Shown here piece after piece: positions 14,281 through 26,494 of a stretch of 64,000 nucleotides of DNA. The notes beneath the pieces were generated by a model. The model was not told where the DNA came from. It ran no database searches and saw nothing but the letters and a program-made list of their open reading frames with translations. The first letter of the stretch is position 1. Each line of letters begins with the position of its first letter. The stretch comes from Octopus vulgaris (Eukaryota). The DNA lies in NCBI GenBank assembly GCA_951406725.2, contig OX597816.1:72788001-72852000 (forward strand), given 5' to 3'. Made by a program: the position numbers and the translations under genes.

Positions 14281-14591
14281 CCCACTACCTCCACACTACG
14301 TAACACGACGACCAAACACAGGAAAAAAGACGAAGACACAAACTTTATTATACATAAACCCATATACACTCACACAAAAGGCACACATACACATACTTAT
14401 GATGAAATAAGTAAATAAATAATGATAAAAAATTATATAAAGGGCACGTATACAAACAATATATAACCACACCCATATACAAAACACATGCACACAACAA
14501 ATAGAGGCGTACACACACGCACGCACATAGAAGGATACACACCACAACAAAACAGAATAGACTAAATAGAGGAAACACGTGGGGTGGAAAA

Positions 14592-14634
14592 GTCGCTGAA
14601 GATGTCACAGGTGTGTGACACAAGATGTCCAGAC
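14592..14634 (+). ncRNA. Degenerate hammerhead-like motif downstream of the PLE fragment
   Basis: CTGAAGA, perfect 7-bp stem TGTCACA/TGTGACA, then CAAGATGTC where GAAACATGTC would be expected. Confidence 0.45.
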
Positions 14635-15153
14635 AATGAACATAAGATGAAATAAGAGCAATAATATACAAGTGAAGAACGAATGTATAGTGCGTGTATT
14701 TATTTGGCAAGAAAAAATGACCATCCCAAAATATAACAATATTTGATAATAGTATTTCACCGTATATGTTACTATTTAAGTCTACAAAATGTGACATTTC
14801 TCTTTATCTCGCTTCCACTCACCTTATTCTTATGGCCTCTTTTCGCTCCCCTTCGGCCAAAGATTAGCTCAGGCCATGATCAACTTAATAGTACCACCCG
14901 ATAGGAGCAATTAGGTCAATTTTAAGATGGGTTTTGTGGTATTATGGCCCATTCAAGCAGATAGTTGTTGTTGAGTGAGACGTGTCCAGGTATATGTGGC
15001 TTATCTGGTATCTCTTTTAGAAATGTGTCTAAGTTTCGTTTCAAAATGATGGAATTTTTTTCTTTGATTTCTTTTGGGACAATGTTAAATGGAGGAGTTC
15101 TGTTAAGTAAAAGAAATGGTGCTGCAGTGAATTTATCCGTTCATGCACATACT

Positions 15154-15238
<85 letters not shown>

Positions 15239-15360
15239 CAGAGTGGAAATAGAAGAAAAGTAGAAGGATAGAATGACATACAAACAGATAGCTAGCTATT
15301 TCGTTTGAAGACAGATGAATATATATGAAAAAGGTTACCCTTTCGAGTCCTACCGACACA

Positions 15361-15582
15361 TAAGGGCTGGTTTCCCAGTTTTCATGGGGTATAAATTCCC
15401 CCCACCTAGATGGGACTCTAGTCCCTTGCAGGATTACCTCACTTTTGCTAGCTGAGTGGGCTGGAGCAACGTGAAATGAAGTGTTTAACTCAAGAACACA
15501 ACGCGTCGCCTAATCCAGTAAATGAAACCACAAACTTACAATCATGTGTTCAACACCCTAACCACTAAGCTACGCTCCTCCA
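15361..15582 (-). mobile_element. SINE, head C + tail X
   Basis: Minus strand: tRNA-like head AGCTTAGTGGTTAGGG, CORE-like TTGTGTTCTTGAG..CACGTTGCTCCAG.CCACTCAGCT, tail ending GGGAAACCAGCCCTTA. Confidence 0.8.
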
Positions 15583-15730
15583 CGAAACATATACAAACAT
15601 AGGCATACAGATGGTCAGCTCAGTGTAGATAAACTGGCTATATGTGTGTGTGCGTGTGTGTGTGTCTGCGCGCGTGTGTGCGTGTGTGTGTGTATTTGTA
15701 TATGTTTGTTCTGGTATATGTGTATAAATG

Positions 15731-15860
15731 TTCGCTGAGGTCGACTTTGCCTTTCATCCTTTCGGGGTCGATAAATTAAGTACCAGTAAAATATTGGAGT
15801 CGATGTAATCGACTAGTCCCCTCCCTTCAAATCTGAGGCCTTGTGGCTCTAATAGAAAGG
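15731..15860 (+). mobile_element. SINE family A 3' part
   Basis: GAGGTCGACTTTGCCTTTCATCCTTTCGGGGTCGATAAATTAAGTACCAG core plus the CCCCTCCC-type tail. Confidence 0.85.
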
Positions 15861-15878
15861 ACATGTGTATATATGTAC

Positions 15879-15949
<71 letters not shown>

Positions 15950-16155
15950 AAGTAGATAAATGAATTATCTTATTACGGATAATTCAAATGATAACCGATA
16001 TCTGGGTAGCAAAAATCACAACAGAAAAAGCACGGTTGAGGTTACGACCATGGGGCCTAAAATCCGTGCCTTAGAGCGGAAATTTGAAGTTTTATATATA
16101 TTTAGTGTAGGAAGAAATGGAGCTGAACGAAGATTTAACAAAATTCCTTTTTATT

Positions 16156-16241
16156 ATTTTCTACATATGTTTCAAAGGCTGCAAAGTCCCTAATTCGGAT
16201 TGAATAAGGAGTCCATTTTGCAGCCTTCTCTTCAGGAAAAT
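16156..16241 (-). ncRNA. Type I hammerhead ribozyme
   Basis: Minus strand: AUUUUC-CUGAAGA-GAAGGCUGCAAA...UUUGCAGCCUUU-GAAA-CAUAUG-UA-GAAAAU. Stem I is 6 bp, the core is intact, stem II is 12 bp plus an inner extension, stem III is palindromic, and the cleavage triplet is GUA. Confidence 0.85.
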
Positions 16242-16834
16242 CCAGGAACTTAATTCTCCAACAAAATGCACAGCAAGCTTTTCGATAAACGCTCACGAGG
16301 AGCCCATGGAATAAATGACACAAACTGTCTATCTATATGCGTTGACGCCAGGCTGTGTGAAAGCAGACGAGAAGGTCCGTTGAGATAATTCAAGGTCAAA
16401 ATCCGGTTAGCAGAAGGGGAGTACAGGAAAATCAAAGAGTGTGAATGTATTCTGTATGACTGGTGTTAATATTTGAATTATTTTAAGAATGAGTGCTAGA
16501 GTGTTTCAGCGTGAGAAATTGCTTTCATGTATGTGTGTGTGCGTCTATGTATGTGTGGCAGTGTGTTTCGAAGGCAGCAAGAGAGAGAGATATAGCAGGT
16601 ATTAATGGTCAAGCAACAGAAAAGACTGTGTCTGTGTGTTCGTCTGTAACCACTTGATAGAGAAAGGGGATGTCCACAATGGTCATGGCAGGATACAGTG
16701 CTGCTGTCAGGGATATCAGCAGTTCTAGACAACTAGCAGTTCTTATACTAACAGGGAAGGGATATCCCCTTACAAATTTAATTCAAATTTTTTTCAATTT
16801 TCTTAGGAAATCAAGGGGTTAACTATATTAGACT

Positions 16835-17589
16835 TCATTGGTATGAGAGAAATGTATGCCGTTTCCAGTGGGGGCATCTGAAAGAATTTTGCACAATCGA
16901 GTTAACAAGGTGCCCTCGGGCGAACAGAATATGAAAGAGTTCCGAGTTACAAAGAGCACAGATTTTTTTGCCCTTTTCAAACGGTAAAGACGCCGATAAA
17001 ATTGACCATTCCAGTCTAAAAGTTGAATTCGCGTTCTTCAAACGCCAGACTAATTTGCTTAGCCCCGTAGCGTGTTGCTTTTCCTTATCACGGAACGTGG
17101 AAAAATGATTCGATATTCTAACAGCCAATTTCGATGATGAAGCTCCGATATAAATGTAGACATCTGAATCAGTATAAACTCTGCACTGGTAAATGGCGTT
17201 TCTAATCTTGGAGTTACTAGATAAGAACCTTAATCTATTGGGATTGGTTTCCGATATTAATACAGCGTTCTTATTACTATGATGATTGTAAAAACTACCG
17301 TTGGATTCGATATTATTCACCCCATTATCATTACTATTTAAGGCAATATCACCTGCATATTCCCTGTTACTGTGAATGTTGTGATTGATAATGTCCGTAA
17401 TACTACTGCTGTTAAAACCGCTGCTAATATTATTGTTGGGACTCCCTACATTAATGACTAGATCAGTGCTCTTATCCTTATTACCATTACTTACTCCCCC
17501 TACATTAATGACGAGATCATTGCTCTTATCCTTATTACTATTACTAACTCCAATGTTGGTATGGAGGTTGCTAATATCTGTGCCAGTTC

Positions 17590-17646
<57 letters not shown>

Positions 17647-17842
17647 TGCGTGTTATGTTGGAATTAGACGGAGCAGAGTCTCCGTTCATGGGTGAGAGGG
17701 CCTTATTCAGCAGCTTATTGTTATGGGAGGAAATTATCTGTGAAAGATTTTTAGTATTGGAGAAGGCTATCCTAACTTTGCAGTGGAGTAATTTTTTCGA
17801 ATTTCTGGGAAAATTTCTGGCAATTGCTTGGCGAAACTGCAC
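16835..17842 (-). CDS. PLE-derived GIY-YIG endonuclease ORF (335 aa, no ATG; RT core absent)
   Basis: N-terminal NFP..VRIAFS..NLSQIISSHNNKLL resembles the end of the PLE RT thumb. AIYQC..YIGAS..R..NH, LSKLVWRLK, LEWSIL, CALCNSE, LVN and CPH match a PLE GIY-YIG with C-terminal CxxC...CxH (Hydra-clade-like, from memory). Confidence 0.85.
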
Positions 17843-18110
17843 CGTTGAGCCTCTCTGATACCTGTGAAATACAAATATTCATAGATTCCTAATCAGATAC
17901 AAAAGTCACACACACACACACATTGTACATACAATAGATTTAAATATATACATGTGTATACGATTATTCATTTATATGCAAACATAACCATAAAAACACA
18001 CGCTGGCAGAGTCGTTAGCATGGTGGGCAAAACGCTGCTAAACATTTTGTTCGTCTTTACTTTCTGAGTTTAAATTCGATCTGGGTTGACTTTACCATTA
18101 ATCCATTTCA

Positions 18111-18283
18111 GGTGCAGGCGGGGCTGTGTGGTGAAAAGCTTGCTTCCCAACCACATGGTTCCTGGTTCAGTCTCACTGCGTGGCTCCTTGGACAAGTTTC
18201 TTCTACCACAACCTCGGGCCGACCAATTCTTTGTGCTTGGAATTGGTTGACGAAAACTGAAAGAAGCCTGTCGTACGTGTTTA

Positions 18284-18359
<76 letters not shown>

Positions 18360-18575
18360 GTGTGTGTCTGTATGTTTGTCCCCCAGTAAGTCTTGACAAC
18401 CGGCGTTGGTTTGTTTACGTTGGTGTGTTTACATCTCCGTAACTTAGCAGTTCGGCAAAAAGTGTTCGATAGAATAAGTACTAGGGTTGAAAAAATAAAT
18501 CTTCGGGTTGATTTCTTCGACAAAAACTCTTCAAGGCGGTGCCCCAGCAAGGCCACAATTAAACGATTGAAACAG
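18111..18575 (+). mobile_element. SINE family B, full length, internal (TA)n expanded
   Basis: GGTGCAGGCGGGGCTGTGTGG head through AAGGCGGTGCCCCAGCA..TTGAAACA. Confidence 0.88.
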
Positions 18576-18595
18576 ATAATTATATATATATATAA

Positions 18596-18941
18596 GGCGC
18601 GTGGCTCAGTGGTTAGAGCGTCGAGCTTACGATCGCGAGGTTGTGAGCTCGAATCCCGGACCGGGCTGCGTGTTGTGTTCTTGAGCAAGACACTTTATTT
18701 CACGTTGCTCCAGTTCACTCAGCTGTAGAAATGAGTTGCGACGTCACAGGTGCCAAGCTGTATCGGCCCTTGCCTTTCCCTTGGACAACATCGGTGACGT
18801 GGAGAGGGGAGGATGGTATGCATGGGCGACTGCTAGTCTTCCATAAAAAAAAAACAACCTTGCCCAGACTTGTGCCTTAGAGGGTAACTCTCTAGGTGCA
18901 AACCCATGGTCAGTGTCTGACCGAAGGGGGTCATCATCATC
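18596..18941 (+). mobile_element. SINE, head C (tRNA-Arg-like) + tail Z, with TSD
   Basis: GGCGCGTGGCTCAGTGGTTAGAGCG..TTACGAT..TCGAATCCC head, (TCA)n tail, ATATATAA on both sides. Confidence 0.88.
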
Positions 18942-19008
18942 ATATATAACGTTCTACTTTTCTGATCGGATTCTACCATCATGGATCTTACTGTATACTA
19001 TTGTTTAT

Positions 19009-19064
<56 letters not shown>

Positions 19065-19089
19065 GCACAAACACAAACACGCACACACA

Positions 19090-19173
<84 letters not shown>

Positions 19174-19194
19174 TATATATATACACACACACAT

Positions 19195-19380
19195 TTTTCC
19201 GCCTCCGGTTTTTTTCTTTTCCGTTCTCTCTGTACTTTTCCTCTCAACCCTTTCTGTCGAAGAGCATAGACTTGAAACGTCACAGACTTTTCCATACTTC
19301 CCGAGCGTCAAACTAATACACCTGCTGGTTGTTCCCTCACCTGTACTTTTCTTTCGTTTTCCCTTTTGTCTTGAACTATA
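19195..19380 (+). mobile_element. Short PLE pLTR-like remnant with degenerate minimal hammerhead (19250-19286)
   Basis: CTTT-CTGTCGA-A-GAGCATAGACTT-GAAACGTC-ACAG; downstream CCCGAGCGTCAAACTAATAC resembles the 23515-23680 family. Confidence 0.5.
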
Positions 19381-19382
19381 TT

Positions 19383-19429
<47 letters not shown>

Positions 19430-20104
19430 ATACATACACAACGATACATACACGCACACACTTACACACATATATGCATTCATACATATACATACATCTA
19501 GTTATATTCAAATGTTAAATACACATAGATAGGAAAACCATATATGTAAACTACATGCCTGCACTTTTAGTTAAGACACACTTTGTAGCCTAGCAACGGA
19601 AAGTAATCAGAAGCTGGGATGAAACCACAAATTAATTTCCCTCTCTATGGACAGAAATTGTGATCATTAGAATCTTTTCAAACATTAGTACCTTATATTC
19701 TATCTACAGAGAGAAATTACTAGCCTATTACAATCCATTACGTACGTAAACACGGTGAAAATTGAAATGGTCTCTCTTACTTGAATAACAGTTAAAAATT
19801 TGAAAGGTTAAATAATTAATAAAGATTAAGAAGTAAGTAGCGATGGGATAAGCGTTGATGTAAACTAAAATTATATTGGTAAGTGTATATTAAATGTGAC
19901 TAAAGTATCTTGTTTGATATAACGGTTTCAAAATGCGGCTGACAAAACGCGCGTTTACAACGCTCATTTGGTTACGTCAGATTTCTAACTTAACACCACA
20001 CAATCATCATTGATTCACATTGCCAAAGAATGTTCTATTGTGCAATTCAGATCTCTTCGAAATTGAGTATTTTTTAAAAAGTTATAAGATACTATAATCG
20101 ATGT

Positions 20105-20386
20105 CATCATCATCATCATCATCGTTTAACGTCCGTCTTCCGTGCTCGCACGGGTTGGACGGTTCGACCGGGGCCTGGGAAGCCAGGAGACTACACCAGG
20201 CTCCAGTCTGAGCTGGCAGTGTTTCTACAGATGGATGCCCTTCCTAACACCAACCACTCCGTGAGTGTAGTGAGTGCTTTTTGCGTGCAACCGGCACAGG
20301 AGGCCAAGGGAGTCTGGCAGCGGTCACGATCAGTCGGTGCTTTTTACGTGCCACCGGCAGAGAAGCCAGTCAAGGCGACGCTGGCG
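20105..20386 (-). mobile_element. SINE family E, 3' part with (GAT)n tail
   Basis: Minus strand GGTTGGTGTTAGGAAGGGCATCC.TCTGTAGAAA and terminal GGACGTTAAACGATGATGATG; internal duplication GTGCTTTTT.CGTGC.ACCGGCA. Confidence 0.7.
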
Positions 20387-21223
20387 CAACCGATTACAGA
20401 TAAGTTGTTAATAAAGACTGAAACAAATCAGGTTCATATAATTTTTAACCAAGAGAAAAAGAGGGGAAAGAGTAAAAAAAAATTTTCTACATTATCTTAG
20501 CAAGGTAAAAAAAAACATGCATTTGCAAAACATAAACGCTTGTATGCTTTCCATATATTGCTCTTTCTCGCCTCTCTCACCCTCTCTCTCTCTCGAACAT
20601 ACACACACATAAAATCGTACGACTGTCGCGCTAATGACACTTATTGAGGCAGAAACGGGTATCCGGTACTATTCTCTTTTCTCCTGGTAATAAACATATT
20701 CTTTTCCATAATGGCTTATCAAATTGAAGGATTCATGGTTCTTGAGCTAATCACCACTTCTCAAGTGCAACTGGACTTAATTATCGTTTCGTAATTTTGA
20801 AATATATTTTTCACAGGAAAAGATAATTTTAATGAATCAAGAATTATGTTGTATGGTATTTCATATACCTGTATTTCTATGTGCGCGCTTGTGTGCCTAA
20901 ATAAGGGTAAAAGTTCAGCTCCCCTGTAAGCTACAACATAATGTATTCGCCCGATACGGATGGCTAACTGCAAGTTTCTCTCTTCAATGGATTTCAAAAT
21001 CGCCTCTAAGTAACAGAAAAACAAGAACACAATGGCCTCGCATGGCAGCATTATCAAATGTACAGACTGTACAAAACTGGCAATCAGTGAGGAAGGACAA
21101 ATATTTCAAATCGAAAGAAGACATGAGCTCGTCAGTGACCGAGAATGTAGGAGTAGCAACGAAGCGATGATAAAATTTCAACAAAGATATATGTATATAT
21201 ATATATGGGTGTATGGATGTGTG

Positions 21224-21302
<79 letters not shown>

Positions 21303-21353
21303 GTAGTAGTAAATGTTACGAAAAGAAAATATAAAATACGCGTGGAAATGTAA

Positions 21354-21693
21354 GGGTAAAATATGAAAAATCAACGAAAATGCACATTGCAAATAAAAAA
21401 AAAGCTATTTATGACAGGTAATGACAAATATATACATTTAGATTGACTGAGGTAGTAATACGAGTCATAAAAGTCATTATTATGTGATGATCATAAGATG
21501 ATAATAAGGTAAGAGAACAAAACGAACCATGGTTTACGCCAAGCTATTCATCGTTTGAACACTCATGATAATGACTTTTATGACTCGTATTACTACCTCA
21601 GTCAATCTAAATGTATATATTTGTCGTTACCTGTCATAAATAGCCTTTTTTTATTTGCAATGTGCATTTTCGTTGATTTTTCATCTTTTACTC
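21354..21693. repeat. Long inverted repeat, about 130-bp arms with a 79-bp spacer, between (TA)n tracts
   Basis: 21354-21484 is the reverse complement of 21564-21693 with about 5 substitutions and one indel. Confidence 0.95.
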
Positions 21694-21758
<65 letters not shown>

Positions 21759-21766
21759 CATACACA

Positions 21767-23026
21767 CAGGTGTTGGACAAAATAATGGAAACACCTAGCA
21801 TCAGAGCATCATAATTTTGAAATATGTATAAAACCTTCAAAAGCTTTGTCTTTTTTTATTTATTATTAGTATGCTTAATATATTTTGCTAAAATTGCTGA
21901 TTCTTTTCAGATATCATCAGAAAAGGGTAATTAGAATTCATTAAAATAACAGATCTATCGGACTTTCTAAGAGGTCAAATTGTTGGTGCTCGTATGGCAG
22001 GCGCTAGCGTAACAAAAACAGCCGAAATGTTTGCTGTATCAAAAAGTTCTGTCTCGAAAATAATGATAGCCTTTGAGAAAGAGGAAAAACCTCCTCGTCG
22101 AAACATTACTCTGGAAGAAAACTAAAACTTTCAGATAGGGACCGTCGGACTCTTACGCGAATTGGAAACAAAAGCACAGCTCCCAAAATTACTGCAGAGC
22201 TTAATGACCCTCACGAGAACCCAGTTTTCACAAAAACTGTTCGCCGGGATCTGCGCAAAGCCGGATTTCACGGGGTGGGGGCTGCAATCAGAAAACCGCT
22301 ACTTTCAAAATCAAACGTTGCAAAGCGTTTAGAGTGGAGTAAAAAACCTACCTAATTTGTCCCTAGAGCTGTAGAAGAATGCTATTTTCTCGGACGAACC
22401 ATCTTTTGCCTTATTTCTGACCACCGGCCGAGTATACGTGTGGAGACAACCAAAAGTAGCATTTGATTCAGACTGCATTCTTCCAACTGTTAAACATGGA
22501 GGTGGATCTGTGATAATCTGGGGAGGGGCGGGGGTGGTATATGTTGAAAATCCGCCGGCCCAATGGTTTCCCTTGATGGCAGAATTAATAGTCAAGACTA
22601 TTTAAGCATTTTATCTGATAAAATACATCCTATGGTTGCAGAACTGTTTCCGGAGGGAAACGCAATCTTTCAGGATGATAATGAACCAATTCACACAGCT
22701 AAAGTTGATATTGAATGAAACATTCTAGTGAAGTTGAACATCTCATTTGGCCACCACAGTCCCAGATCTCAATATTATTTAACATTTATGGTGCATTTTA
22801 GAAAAACAAATGAGGAGTCGATATCCTCCATCATAATCGCTACAAGGACTGTAGCCTTTTTTAGCAGAAGAATGGACAAAAATTCCTTTGGAGACAATTC
22901 AAACTTTGTACGAGTCCATACCACGTAGAATTCAAGCTGTGATTACTGCCAAAGGCGGCCCTACCCCATATTAAAATGAATTTGTTTGAAATTTTATGTT
23001 GTTCCCATTATTTTGTCCAACCCCAG
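21767..23026 (+). mobile_element. Full-length Tc1-like DNA transposon (1260 bp)
   Basis: Left TIR CAGGTGTTGGACAAAATAATGGAAAC; right TIR (reverse complement) CTGGGGTTGGACAAAATAATGGGAAC; TA follows the right end. Confidence 0.93.
21946..22974 (+). pseudogene. Tc1 DD34E-type transposase pseudogene
   Basis: DLSDFLRGQIVGARMAGASVTKTAEMF, IFSDEPSF, PTVKHGGGSV, IFQDDN.PIH, WPPQS/PDLNII*HLW (catalytic E codon now TAA), AKGGPTPY*; start codon mutated to ATA; multiple stops and frameshifts. Confidence 0.93.
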
Positions 23027-23228
23027 TATATACATACATACAAGCATACATATATTCACATAGTGAATACATTCACACGCACGCACACACACATACAAAT
23101 ATATATATATATATATTATATTGGTAAAAACGGTAAGATAACAAAAGAAAGAAAAAGACCTCAATATTATGTAAATAGAGGAAATTTATCTGTAAAATAA
23201 TATGTGACAATTATTCAATAGCCAAGAT

Positions 23229-23287
23229 ATAAAACTCTGAGTTTCGGATACCGAGGTGGAAATCCACAACACTATCTCTTCGGTTAT
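23229..23287 (-). ncRNA. Hammerhead-like motif in a short (TA)n-flanked element (about 23120-23293)
   Basis: Minus strand: AUAA-CCGAAGA-GAUA...UAUC-C-GAAA-CUCAGAG-UU-UUAU; U4C core variant. Confidence 0.55.
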
Positions 23288-23473
23288 CTGGCCATATATA
23301 TATATATATATATATATTGGTTCTGTACCAATCTGGATTATGAATTAAAGATCATCTACACCTACAATTTTTCCTTTCCTTATACTTCATATATATACAC
23401 ACACACACAAACATACGTACATGCATACATACATACATACCTACATACATACATACATACATACATACATACA

Positions 23474-23509
<36 letters not shown>

Positions 23510-23615
23510 TATATAAAGTTAATCCAAACTAGAAAGCACAAAAAAACACAATAACGCGAGGACGTGGAACAAATATAGTATTATTGGACGCTCAGGAAAG
23601 AAGGAAAGGAGGAGG

Positions 23616-23650
23616 GTTTAACGTTTCGAGCGGAGCTCTTCATCGGAAAC
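23616..23650 (-). ncRNA. Minimal hammerhead-like motif in a (TA)n-flanked element (about 23515-23680)
   Basis: Minus strand: GUUU-CCGAUGA-A-GAGC-UCC-GCUC-GAAA-CG-UU-AAAC; palindromic AACGUU stem III. Confidence 0.62.
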
Positions 23651-23758
23651 ATAGGAGAATGAAAGATCCGGAGAAGGGATTTATATATATATATATGAAC
23701 ATATTATATGCATTTAAATTCAAGCGTTCTCTCTCTCTCACGGTATTTACCCCCACCT

Positions 23759-23816
<58 letters not shown>

Positions 23817-24583
23817 CAAAGAGAGAGAGAGAAACGAGAGAGAGAGAGAGAAAAAACGGAGAGAGAGAGAGAGAGAGGTTATATATTTATAATATCTAGA
23901 GCGATGAAGAGAGACAGAGACAGAGACAGGATTTCTATTCGCATATATTTAAGCATATGCACACAAAAAATTTGTGCGTCCATTTATGCATACGTGCATA
24001 TGTGATCGTATGTATGCACCCGGGTGCGAGTGTTTGTGCATGAGTGTACATAACTTCATGCATTTATATAAGCATATATACATATATACTTTTATATATA
24101 TATATATATCTATGTATATATATATATATATATATATATACATACATACATACACACATACATATGCATACAGGTACATGTGTATATATACATAGACATA
24201 TATGTATAGACATATGCGTATCTGTGTGTGCATGTGTGTATCGTTCACAATTGAACACGTAATTCTATAATGGAGTTACGTTTACAATACAAGGGGAAAA
24301 GTGAAATTTTTCTTAAATCGCCCCCCCCTCTTTTTAATGTTCTTTTTGTGGGGGCTGTTCTTACATCGATTACCATTTTAGCTTTGGCAATGTTATATGT
24401 GTATGCACGTTCGTTTGTATGTGTGTGCGAGTGTGTGTGTACTAAGATATACCAATACATACACACACACCACACATATATATATATATATTTACATGCA
24501 TATATATATATGTAAATATATTTATATATCTATATCTATCTATCTATCTTTCTATACATCTTATATATATATGTATATATATG

Positions 24584-24630
<47 letters not shown>

Positions 24631-24749
24631 CATGTTCGTACATGTATATGCATAAAGTTTTATTCGATTGCCCACACACACACACACACACACTCACTCA
24701 CACAAACACAAACATATACACATATACACACAGAGGGACAAATACATAG

Positions 24750-24965
<216 letters not shown>

Positions 24966-25088
24966 GTAGGTAGGTAGGTAGGTAGTTAGATAGATAGATA
25001 CAGAATTGCGTGTGTGTGTTTCTAAATACATATATATCATTATATATATATATGTGTGTGTGTGCGTGTGTGTGTGTGTGTGTGTATG

Positions 25089-25163
<75 letters not shown>

Positions 25164-25297
25164 TTATTTATTTATTTATTTATTCATATGGTTGGAATAA
25201 TAATGCCTATCATACCATAACAATGCTGAATGTTCGCATATACATAAGATCATATACTCACACGCACATATACGTAAAAACATACCATTATTCAGAC

Positions 25298-25353
<56 letters not shown>

Positions 25354-25600
25354 CGACCGAAACATTCAAATTTAGACAAATGCGCATAAGCAGTTCCTCC
25401 ACACACCCTCACACACAACCAATCACTCAAATTCGCATATACTGCTCATAATAATGCACATACTTATAGTTATACATCTAATTGAATGCATGGAGAATAT
25501 ATACACATATATATACATAGATATATGCAAAAGGAGACACATTTACGTGTACATTTATATAGTTATACATGCTTAAATATAATACGTGTGTGTATGTGAG

Positions 25601-25634
<34 letters not shown>

Positions 25635-25827
25635 AACATGCATATTTACATGCATCAAATACATGTGTATTTGCATATATGTGCATGAATATCTTCGTGT
25701 TTATATGTATGTATGCATGTATGTATATATATATATATATTTAAAATTTATATATATGTATATATGTGTATATATATACAGATATATTACATATATATAT
25801 ATATATAAATACACATATATATATGTA

Positions 25828-25991
<164 letters not shown>

Positions 25992-26135
25992 CATATACCG
26001 CCATATTAATTTATATATATATAATGTGTGTGTGTGTAGGTAAATATGTATACATATATATATATATAAACATATACCGCCATAGTAATTTCTATCTACA
26101 GATACACACATGAAGACGCGCGCACACACACACAC

Positions 26136-26181
<46 letters not shown>

Positions 26182-26403
26182 CAAATATACATATATGCAT
26201 GCACACGAATATATGTATGTATATGCGTTTATGCATAAATATATGAATATGTGTGAGCTTGTGTGTGCACGTGTACATGTGTATATACATATATTCTTTC
26301 TTTCTTTCGTTTTCCTTCTAAGTCTATTTTACTTTTCTTTCTCTTAATAGCTAAGTAGGTACGTAGGTCGGTAGGTAGGTAAGTAGATAGATAGAAAGAT
26401 AGG

Positions 26404-26494
<91 letters not shown>

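Larger units (their letters stand above)
15944..17862 (-). mobile_element. 5'-truncated Penelope-like retroelement: thumb/linker + GIY-YIG ORF + 3' pLTR-like region with hammerhead, ending at (TA)n
   Basis: Combination of the ORF at 16835-17842, the ribozyme at 16156-16241 and the 3' junction with the (TA)n tract at about 15881-15943. Confidence 0.85.

Noticed and set aside
14019-14369. Hydrophobic 116-aa minus-strand ORF resembling a membrane protein
   Set aside because: Antisense to the A-rich PLE remnant; no recognisable family motif.
17385-17858. 157-aa Leu-rich + strand ORF
   Set aside because: Antisense shadow of the Asn-rich GIY-YIG ORF.
18596-18670. tRNA-Arg gene (also the heads at 37368 and 48005)
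   Set aside because: Continues into SINE body and tail with TSDs, and lacks a proper acceptor stem and terminator.
20761-21190. Complex sequence with 60-100 aa ORFs on both strands
   Set aside because: No recognisable domain and no consistent splice signals.
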